Shown piece after piece: positions 55,609 to 64,000 of a stretch of DNA of 64,000 nt. The notes under the pieces were generated by a model, which did not search any database, was not told the DNA's origin, and worked only from the letters and a program-made list of their open reading frames with translations. The stretch is from a virus. Numbering within the stretch: position 1 is the stretch's first letter; every line of letters begins with the position of its first letter. The translations under genes and the position numbers were made by a program. Location: IMG/VR virus record IMGVR_UViG_3300027909_000018. One strand, given 5' to 3'.

Positions 55609-56583
55609 ACCGTCGCCGCCGCAACGCCATCAACCAGGTCGCAGAGTACTACGCCCTCGCCAGCCGCGAGCCCGAGGTTACCCGCAAGCCGCGCGCTAGC
55701 AACCCCCACGAGGACCTAGCCCGCCGCGCCAAGGTCGAACGGCTGCTCCGCGCGATCGACGAGTCCGTCGGCTCCGACCCGTCCGAAGCCGAGCTCGTCG
55801 CCGTCTACGTCGAGAACCTAGCCCCCGAGGGTTGGGAAGCGCTTGCCGGTTACGCGCGCTGTCGCATGCCCTCGCCGACGACCCGCGCGATGGTTGTCTC
55901 GGCTATCCGGTCGCGGGCTCGGAGGTCAGCATGATGCCGCTTCCGATCTGGCCCCCCGGCTTCCTCGGCCACGGCGTCACCCTGAGCCAAGACGTCGAAC
56001 TCCGCACCTCATTCCAACTCCCCGGCGGCCGCATGGTCCACGTGCCCCTCTCCGAGGTCGAGTCAATCGAAGCCGGTTTCCGTGCCGGCGAGGTCGACCG
56101 CGACGGAGAGTGGCGCCAATACGTAGTCTCCGCGTTCGGCAAGCGCGTCGACGTGGAAATTGGTTGGGGCCATGACTCATACGCGGTGTGTACACGCCCC
56201 AACGGTCTGACTCCGGACCAAGAGTCGGTAGTTGAGGCCGTGATCAAGCGCCTGGCCGACGAGGCTTTCGACTCCGCCTGCGAGGTAGAGCCATGACCCG
56301 CCGCAACACCCCACCATTCGGCGTCCCCTCGAGGCCCGCCGGCAACGTGACCCCCGCCCCGTTCGGAATCCCTCCACGCCCCCAGACGGTCGCACCCGTA
56401 GACCGCGAACGCCTCCGCCTCGCCGTCCAGTCCGTCCGAGACTGTGTCCGCACGGGCGACATCACCCTGACCATATACCGCGAGCTCCTCTGGGCCGCGT
56501 ACGCCGTGTGTAACCCGGACGTCGACAGCCCACTTGAGTGGGTCAACGCGCCGGCTAGTGAGGTGGCGAATGACCAAGCCTAG
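55605..56583 (+). other. Three early hypothetical ORFs (55605..55934, 55931..56296, 56293..56583)
   Basis: Coupled starts/stops. Confidence 0.55.
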
Positions 56584-56872
56584 TGATGTTCTTCGGATGG
56601 CGAGGGGTTTGATTGAGAACCCCGAGAATTGGGCTAAGGGGGGAGAACAAGTCCGTGGAGGCCGCCACTGTGTAGAGAGCGCCTGTTACGCCAGCGCCGA
56701 TCCATATAGGGCAGAGTTCGCCCTCAGGCTTTTTGAGCTAGCCAACGCCACTACCCGTTTCGGTCGACCCTGCCCGGCGTGTCACTGGAACGACGACCCC
56801 GAACGCACTCACGTTGAGGTCCTCTCGGCCTTCGATAAAGCCATTGAACTGGCAAAGCAAGAGGAGGGGTGA
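56570..56872 (+). CDS. DUF6197-like protein, paralog of 60704..61009
   Basis: MT.PSD.LR.ARGLI..P..WA.G...WND.PERTH.EVL.AFD.AI.LA. Confidence 0.7.
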   Translation: MTKPSDVLRMARGLIENPENWAKGGEQVRGGRHCVESACYASADPYRAEFALRLFELANATTRFGRPCPACHWNDDPERTHVEVLSAFDKAIELAKQEEG

Positions 56873-58350
56873 TGCCCACCCGCGCCACCGACAGGCGGAA
56901 CGACGAGTGCAGGGTGGATCCTGAACTTGAGGAATGCGGCTGCGGAAACGACTGTGGTGGCAGCTATTGCTGCGAGGTGTGTGCGCGGGCCGCGGTACTG
57001 AGCCCAGAGGAGCGCGCGCTTCTAATTGACGAGGTGGACGGTGACCAACTCTAAGACCTACAACCGCGGAAACCCTCTCTCCCCGGTGCAGCGCCGGAAG
57101 CGGAAGCGCGCGGAAGCCGAGGCGCGCAACGCGGTCTACGCGAAGCTCGCCTACGTGGACAAGCTCGCGCTCATCGCGGCGCGTCCGGGCGAATCGAAGC
57201 GGGAGAAGCGGCGGATCAATGGTCGGGGGGTGGGGTGATGGAACGGCGCGCCTTTAAGCTCGTGGAACTAGAAGTTGCGGAGGTGTTTCCGGGACAACAC
57301 CAGGCGTGGGTTGTTCTGTTCAGTGCCACCGGCAACGGCAAGGTTTGGACTGTCCGCGACGACTGGCCACCGACGCGAATCTTGACCAGCATCGATGAGG
57401 CGCGTCACCTGGGACATTTCCTGTACCAGATTGTTGACGTGCAGTTTGAGACCGACGTCAAGCTTACCCTGGCGGAGCCATGACCGGCACACGCAACTAC
57501 GAACCCAACTCCGGCCCAGTCTGCTACCGATGCTGGCAAGAGGTCTGCGAATGCCACTGGTGCGACGGGTGCGGCGTGCCCATGCACCCGCTTGACGGCT
57601 GTGTGTGTGATGACTGTTTGCCGGGGGGAGAGACTTCGGGCACGCGCCAACGGCGGGAGCACCCCCGCATTACCCGACCGTTGCCGGAAAGCCAGTCCGA
57701 GCCCAGCCGGACGCCCGAGACGCTGGGCAACTTTTACGTGGAGGAGAAGTGATGAGCAACGAATCCAAAGCAGACGCAATCGCGGCCCTTACACAAATCT
57801 TCGACAAGACGTGCTCGGAGCTCGAGGCGACCCTTGCTCTTGAAAAGATAACGCATCACTTGTGCAAAACCATTTCTCCCAAAATCCAGGCCGACATTAG
57901 GCAGTGGAACGAAAACCAGACGGCGATGCAGGGAATTCTGCAGTCAATGGTTGCACATCAACAGTCCGATACCGATCTGAGGGACCGGTTCGCGATGGCC
58001 GCAATGATGCGGTGGGTGGACGATCCGATGCTTACCGACGAGTCTAGGGATGCGGCTGCCCGTGTTGCCTATGCATGTGCTGACGCGATGCTAAGGGCAC
58101 GGGGGGGCACATGACCGACCTAATCCTGTCCTGGCGCCCCGACGGAACCGGTGCGTATGTGTGGTCCAGGTGGCTCGCCCGGAAGTACCCCGCCAGCAAG
58201 AAGAGTGCTGAGGGATGGCGGCTTTATGAAAACGGAGAATTTCGCCTCTCTGCAGCCACGCCGGGAGAGCTCGAGATCTACGTGCTGGGCAGGATGGAAG
58301 CGGAGCACCGGAAGAACCGCGAGAGGTTCTCGAAAGGCGCGGCCGAATGA
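56869..58350 (+). other. Run of small early hypothetical ORFs
   Basis: Seven coupled ORFs of 60-120 aa. Confidence 0.55.
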
Positions 58351-59972
58351 GACGGATGACCGCGTCCCGCATGGACCTGTACATGCTGTGCTTGCACAGC
58401 TTGACCGTCGAAGATTTGCCCCGCGACCTCCCCAACCCAGCGGGCATGCTCGGTACCGAGTTCCACTCCGCGGCCCTCGGGACCGGGCGCCACAACGTCC
58501 TAGACCCCGACAGCGAGGCGGCTTTGTCGGTGATGCTCCCGACGTGGGAACGGAACGGCCGGAAACTGCTCCCGAGCCCTCGACGGGTCGAGGTGGCCTA
58601 TGCCATTGGCTGCGACGGCTCCGTACGCGAGCTCGGCGAGAACATCGAGCGGCGCTACGACCAGCATGGGGCGCGCCCGGACGACGTGACGCTGACCCTC
58701 GACGCGCTAGGCACCGCGGAACCACGCACGGCGGACATCAAGACCGGCCGCAAGAAGCTCCCCGCTTCCGAGGCGTGGCAGCTCCGAGCCGCAGCCGCGG
58801 CAGCCCTGCCCAATGGGGGCCGGGTCGAGTTTCACTATGTGGCCCGCAATGGGCGGACAACGGTGGACGGGGCGGACGTCTCGGCCGACGAGTCGCGCGT
58901 CTACCTCGCCCAGATCGTCGACCGCGCCAACCAACTCAAAGACGGCGACACCGCCCCTAACCCGGGCATGCACTGCACCGAGTTCTGGTGCCCGGCGCGG
59001 ACCGTCTGCGGCGCCTATCAGACGGCGATAGGCCGAGGATTCGTAATAGAGCAACAACAACAGAAGCAACAACAGGAGAACAAGCCAATGGCACGGATGA
59101 GCATTCAGAATATAACCAAGGGTCTGATAGAGGAACCTTACCGGGTTTTGCTCTACGGTGTGGAAGGTGTTGGAAAGAGCACGTTCGGGGCGCAGGCCCC
59201 GCGACCCGTGTTCATCTCAAGCGAACGCGGCACGTCACACCTGGACGTGGCTCGCTTCCCGGAAGCCGAAAGCTGGAACGACGTGTTCGACGCCGTCATC
59301 GATCTTCGCAGCAACAACCACGACCATAAAACCCTGGTGATCGACACACTGGACTGGCTCGAACCGCTGAACTTCAAGTATGTTTGCGCCCAGAAGGAGT
59401 GGGAAAGCGTGGACAAGCCGGCGTATGGCGCCGGGTACAACGCGGCCCGAGACGAGTGGGTGAGTCTGCTCATCGAGCTCGACGCGCTACAGCAGAAGCG
59501 CCGGGACATGGGAATCGTCATGCTCGCCCACGCGAACGTCCGGAAGCACAAGCACCCGGAACTCGACGAGTTTGACCGTTTCGAAATGGCTCTCAATCGG
59601 GCTTCCGCCAAGCGCATCCGCGAATGGTGCCGCGACGTGCTCTTTGCGGATTACGAGGTGCTTACCTTCAAAGAGGGCCAGCGCATGCGCACTATCGGCG
59701 ACGGGGCCCGGTTCATTCACACCAACTGGAAGCCGGCCTTTGACGCAAAGAACCGTCACAACCTTCCGGACAAGTTGCCGCTGTCGTGGGCTGACTTCGA
59801 CGCCGCATGTCGCGGCGTGGACCGTGGGGCCGACATGCGGACCGAGATCGAATCCCTGCTCGCCTCTGCCGACCCCGACTACCGGGCCAAGGTGGAGCCG
59901 TTTCTCAAGGACGCCGACGCAACCAAACTCGCCCAGATTCTCAACAAGGTAAAAGCCAAACTCGCAGCGTGA
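58347..59972 (+). CDS. PD-(D/E)XK exonuclease fused to Sak4-like AAA_24 ATPase
   Basis: LTLD...TADIKTG and HCTEFWCPARTVC; LYGVEGVGKST, LVIDTLDWLE, AFDAKNR. Confidence 0.85.
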   Translation: MRRMTASRMDLYMLCLHSLTVEDLPRDLPNPAGMLGTEFHSAALGTGRHNVLDPDSEAALSVMLPTWERNGRKLLPSPRRVEVAYAIGCDGSVRELGENIERRYDQHGARPDDVTLTLDALGTAEPRTADIKTGRKKLPASEAWQLRAAAAAALPNGGRVEFHYVARNGRTTVDGADVSADESRVYLAQIVDRANQLKDGDTAPNPGMHCTEFWCPARTVCGAYQTAIGRGFVIEQQQQKQQQENKPMARMSIQNITKGLIEEPYRVLLYGVEGVGKSTFGAQAPRPVFISSERGTSHLDVARFPEAESWNDVFDAVIDLRSNNHDHKTLVIDTLDWLEPLNFKYVCAQKEWESVDKPAYGAGYNAARDEWVSLLIELDALQQKRRDMGIVMLAHANVRKHKHPELDEFDRFEMALNRASAKRIREWCRDVLFADYEVLTFKEGQRMRTIGDGARFIHTNWKPAFDAKNRHNLPDKLPLSWADFDAACRGVDRGADMRTEIESLLASADPDYRAKVEPFLKDADATKLAQILNKVKAKLAA

Positions 59973-59985
59973 AAGGAACAGAACA

Positions 59986-60471
59986 ATGACCGACAACAAC
60001 AACATGATCGCAGAGGGACAGTACAGAGCACGCGCCATGACCGGCGAGCTCGGGGAGACGCAGAAGGGCAACGCGCAAGCCGTTGTGACTTTCCGGCTCG
60101 ATGGCGGAGAAATCCGCACCTGGTACGGCTCGTTCAGCAACACCACTCTCAAGGACGGCCGCACCGTTGCCGAGTCGACGCTGCGGAGTCTCCGCCACGC
60201 CGGCTGGGACGGGAAGGAAATCACCGACCTGTCCATGCTCGGCGGGACCGAAGAGAAGCCCGTCTACTGCATGGTCACCATCGGCCACGAAAAGGACCTG
60301 AACGGCGCGGTGCGGGACCGCATCCGCTGGGTCAACGGTCTCGGCGGTACAGCCAAGCCACTCGGCAACGACGCGAAGAAAGCCCTCCAGGCGCAACTGA
60401 GAGGGCAGATTGCCAAGGTCAACAGCGAGTACAAGGCGCCCGCGGCGGATGGGGACGATCTCCCTTTCTAA
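59986..60471 (+). CDS. Single-stranded DNA-binding protein (DUF669-like)
   Basis: EGQYRA...GETQKG...acidic tail DGDDLPF; follows Sak4. Confidence 0.75.
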   Translation: MTDNNNMIAEGQYRARAMTGELGETQKGNAQAVVTFRLDGGEIRTWYGSFSNTTLKDGRTVAESTLRSLRHAGWDGKEITDLSMLGGTEEKPVYCMVTIGHEKDLNGAVRDRIRWVNGLGGTAKPLGNDAKKALQAQLRGQIAKVNSEYKAPAADGDDLPF

Positions 60472-60703
60472 TCTGAAACCCCCACACCGGCCTGTATGCT
60501 TGGCGGCTGCAGGCCGGGAGAGGAGCACCCCACGTGACCCACCAACAACTCAATCACCTCCACTTGCTAGCCGATTGGCTCGCCGAACTCGCCGAGACCT
60601 CACGTGTCGCTCCGGCGGTGCCGATCGGCAGGTTCGCCGGGCGGCTACCGTTCGAGGCGGAGAGGCTGCGGGAGATTGTGGCGCAGGCTGAGGAGGAGAA
60701 GCC

Positions 60704-61009
60704 GTGACCCGCCCCTCTGACATCCTGCGGGCGGCGAGGGGGTTGATTGCGGAGCCTGGACACTGGGCACAGGGCGCATCTCGTGTTGGCGTAGCGGTGT
60801 GCGCCGCGGAAGCTATCGATAGCTCTGTTGGCAGAGACTACGACGCCATTGACGTGGCGTATCGGTATCTCAAGCGCATCATCGGTGCAGACCCTGGAGT
60901 AGAAGGGTTCATCTCTTCTTGGAACGACGCCCCCGAGCGCACCCACGCCGAGGTGCTCGCAGCCTTCGACGCCGCCATCGCCCTAGCCGAACGCGAGGAG
61001 AAGCCATGA
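60704..61009 (+). CDS. DUF6197-like protein, paralog of 56570..56872
   Basis: Shared N- and C-terminal motifs. Confidence 0.7.
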   Translation: MTRPSDILRAARGLIAEPGHWAQGASRVGVAVCAAEAIDSSVGRDYDAIDVAYRYLKRIIGADPGVEGFISSWNDAPERTHAEVLAAFDAAIALAEREEKP

Positions 61010-62503
61010 CCCGCCAGCCGAAGCGACCGCCGCGCACCGTCTATGTTGTGGCCTGGCACGGAGTCGGGCGCGGGCAATCGTTCACGAACCGCCGGTACGC
61101 CCAGGAGCGCTTCGACGAGTTGAGCCAGAACCAGTTCACCGCGGACATGTCGCTGATGCTGAACCGCTACGAGCTCTCCGCCCCCAAGCCAAAAAGAAAG
61201 GCCAAGCGATGACCCGGTACCAATACACGTCAGAGATGCAAGAGATCAGCGGCTTCGGCGGTGGCTACGAAGACATGTGCCGTCAGATGGTGGTCGCCGG
61301 CTGCGTGTGGCTCGATGCGCATCCGGAAGCCGACCCCAAGTTCCACGGGTTCAAAGGAATCTACGGCATCATCGATGAGGACAACGAAGACGCTAAGGAG
61401 CTAACGAAGGCCATCGTCGCGCCGTGCAATGGCGACTGCACCGGCGCCATGCACCAAGCGGCAGTCTCTCACGTTCTGTTCATCCGCAAAAACGGTTGGG
61501 ACAAGTACGTCGAAGAGATGAGTGAGAAGCGATGACCCAGCCGATGAGCAGAAAGTAAGGTTAGAGATGGGCGAGTATTGGAAGCCGATAAACGTCACGA
61601 AAAAAGAGTATGTTCACCCGCACGACCTGGACTGTGGTCTCAAGCTCGGTGAGTGGCACTACCCCGGGTCACCTGTACACAAGCGAATTGATGAGCTCAT
61701 TGAGCACCGCGAGTGGTCAGAAGATGATCTGATTGTTATTGCCAGCGACTACGGCGGCCTCATGCCGATGCACGGCACCGGTGAGGCTCCCGAAGAGCTC
61801 TACGAACTCGCGACTGAGACATACCGCAATGTGTCCTGACACCCGGCCGATGAGCGAGGGGGAGTTGGCGGAGCTTGAAGACTGGGGCCGCGGCATGTTC
61901 CGCGCGGCTAGGCTGGTCACCGAAGTCCGCCGCCTCCAAGCCGAGCGCGACCGGCTGCTCACCTACAACGCAGAGCTAGCATCCGCCCTGAGCAGGCACA
62001 CGGAGTGCTCCTGGGTGGGGTGTGATGGCGGCTGCCCAGGTTGTCAGGCGGCGGCACTGCTAGCCCGCGCCGCCGTCGCTGCTGCCGAGGGGGAGAAGTG
62101 ACCAGTCCCTATCGGACGCCAACACCCGACCCGGGACCGCCTCTCCCCTCCTTTGAATCAGCGGACACCTGCATCAAGTGCCGCCGCAAGTGGAGCCATC
62201 CGAGCAAGTTCTGTAAGGGCACGTTCAAGTTTAGTGACAAGCCCTGCCGCTTTTCAAGCCAGGAGCACATGCACGTTGAGTGCACCTGTGGCTACACATG
62301 GGCCGTGAGATGTCTCGATGCCTGACGAACCCCTCCTCTCCCTCCGCGCCCGCTACTCCCGCCCCGTCCCCGCGGTAGGCCACGCTTGGGAGCCGGGCCT
62401 CCCCGCCGCGGAGACCCACTGCGTCAACTGCGGCGAGCCGTACAGTCCCGACGTCGCGCCGTGCCCGGAAAGCAATTGGGGGAAGGAGAGCGGTGATGGG
62501 TGA
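61006..62503 (+). other. Run of small early hypothetical ORFs (61006..61212, 61209..61535, ~61532..61839, ~61829..62101, ~62098..62325, 62318..62503)
   Basis: Coupled overlaps with GGAG-type RBSs. Confidence 0.55.
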
Positions 62504-63869
62504 CCTAGTAGTGCTGTGCCCGATATTCTGCTGCGCGCGAACGGGAAACCCGTGCGGCACCGACACCATGGTTGTCGGCGGCGAGTGCGACTGTATTCCG
62601 TGTCGTCAGGAGCGCTACGTGCGAGCTGCCGAGCAAGCCAACAAGCGCGTCGCGCAAGCCCTGCGCTCAGCCCGATCCGAGTGCAACGAGCTTCGCGGCG
62701 AGTTGAGTGTGGCGCAGCATCTGCTTCGCGAGTGCCTACCGTACGTGGAACAGCTCACGCCTGGCATGTCGGTAGTAACCGGCAAGCAGTCGCTCACGCT
62801 GAGCCAAGCGATCCGCGCCGCAGCCCGCGCCACCCGGGGGCAGACCGAGCCCAAGCCCACCCCGCAGCCGTCTCCGCAGCTCTACTCCTGCTTTTGGTGC
62901 GGCACGGAGGGAGTGCCGGAGAGCGGCGCTGGTCACACGTGTCAGGGCACGCTGGCGCACGGTCCCGAGCTTCGCGCGAAAACACAGCAGCCGTCCGAGC
63001 GCAAGCGGCGCTGCGAGCATGGTTACTTCGATTGCGCCGGGTGCAATTGGGTAGACGGCCGGCCCGGCAAAGCACAGCAGCCGGACGCGGGGCCGTGGGA
63101 GTTTGAAGGCGTCAGCAAAAAAGGCGAGCACGACGATCGCATTGACGCATTCATGCGCGACGACGGGTGCATTGCCGTAGCCGTACGCCAAGATGGCAGG
63201 CTGTCAGGGGTGGCTCTCGAGAGGACGGCCGCGCGACGCTTGCGCGATTGCTTGTCCACGCTGATAGCCGACGAGCCCGCCTCCCCCCGGGCAGCGGAAG
63301 CCCGGCCGGTCGAGTCTGCCAAGCAGCTACGTGAGCGCCTGGGATTCCCGGAGCTGTCCGAAGAGCAGCAGCAGGCCAATCTCCGGGCAGCGGAAGGCGC
63401 GGGGGGGTGGGGGCGCGCCGCCATCGGCACAGTCGATGATCTGCGCCATTGCTGTGCCGAAGCAATCGGGACGCCGGTAGAAACTGCACCGGGACTTGAT
63501 GCATGTGTCTACGCCGTGTGTGCACACCTGCGATCAGAGAGAATCCGCGCAGAGGCGGCGGAGGCGAGGGTTCGGAGCTGGGAGCCGATTATCGCCGTCA
63601 GCCTCGAGATCATGTCCAAGGCCGCCGACGACGGCACGCTGGCGTTCGCGCGCAAAGAAGACGTGAACGAGCTCTCGATGCGCTGGCAAGAGCTGGTGCG
63701 CGGGCTGCCGCGCGAGCAGCGGCCCGAGCGTAAGGCCCACACCTGCAACGCGATTATTGACGACGGCGGAAGGTTTTGCGGCGAACCCGCTACTTGGTGG
63801 AATCAGCGCTTTGCGCGTTGTGAGTTGCATAGGAATGCTCGGCTAGAGCAGCGGCCGGGGGACACATGA
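62493..63869 (+). CDS. Mosaic hypothetical protein with several Cys-rich modules (458 aa)
   Basis: CxxC/CxH modules separated by coiled coils. Confidence 0.55.
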   Translation: MMGDLVVLCPIFCCARTGNPCGTDTMVVGGECDCIPCRQERYVRAAEQANKRVAQALRSARSECNELRGELSVAQHLLRECLPYVEQLTPGMSVVTGKQSLTLSQAIRAAARATRGQTEPKPTPQPSPQLYSCFWCGTEGVPESGAGHTCQGTLAHGPELRAKTQQPSERKRRCEHGYFDCAGCNWVDGRPGKAQQPDAGPWEFEGVSKKGEHDDRIDAFMRDDGCIAVAVRQDGRLSGVALERTAARRLRDCLSTLIADEPASPRAAEARPVESAKQLRERLGFPELSEEQQQANLRAAEGAGGWGRAAIGTVDDLRHCCAEAIGTPVETAPGLDACVYAVCAHLRSERIRAEAAEARVRSWEPIIAVSLEIMSKAADDGTLAFARKEDVNELSMRWQELVRGLPREQRPERKAHTCNAIIDDGGRFCGEPATWWNQRFARCELHRNARLEQRPGDT

Positions 63870-64000
63870 TCGACGTCACTCGCTGCATGATGGTCAACGC
63901 GACTTGCAAGGTAACGCACTATCGCGATTACTGGGTGTGGTTCATGGGCGCCAACTTTTATACCGTCTGGTTCTTAGAGCAGCGGCCGGGCGGCGGGTGA

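Overview
The window is almost entirely one GC-rich temperate phage with a Mu-like contractile tail (myovirus). The integrase is flanked by phage genes on both sides, so no host junction is visible. The host cannot be read from the sequence; Myxococcota is only a weak guess. Layout: minus-strand tail fibre/baseplate/tail genes (1-21.3 kb); two tandem tRNAs (Asn-GTT and an atypical initiator-like Met-CAT); neck/capsid/scaffold genes; a glycosyltransferase-methyltransferase-membrane GT cassette; portal, HNH and terminase (to 35.8 kb); accessory, replication (DnaB, primase, initiator) and integration genes with an inserted tnpB; a divergent switch at 53.6-53.8 kb; then plus-strand repressor, early and recombination genes. 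The standout is 37.1-38.7 kb. A stand-alone RAMP/Cas7-like gene is followed directly by a ~480-nt non-coding array of NN+AGC pentamers, cut into nine units (seven exactly 49 nt) by AGCAAGC delimiters, and then a partner gene. This looks like a phage RNA-guided system whose specificity is written in the variable dinucleotides, with no Cas1/2 or CRISPR repeats. All calls come from motif recognition and hand analysis; no database searches were run.
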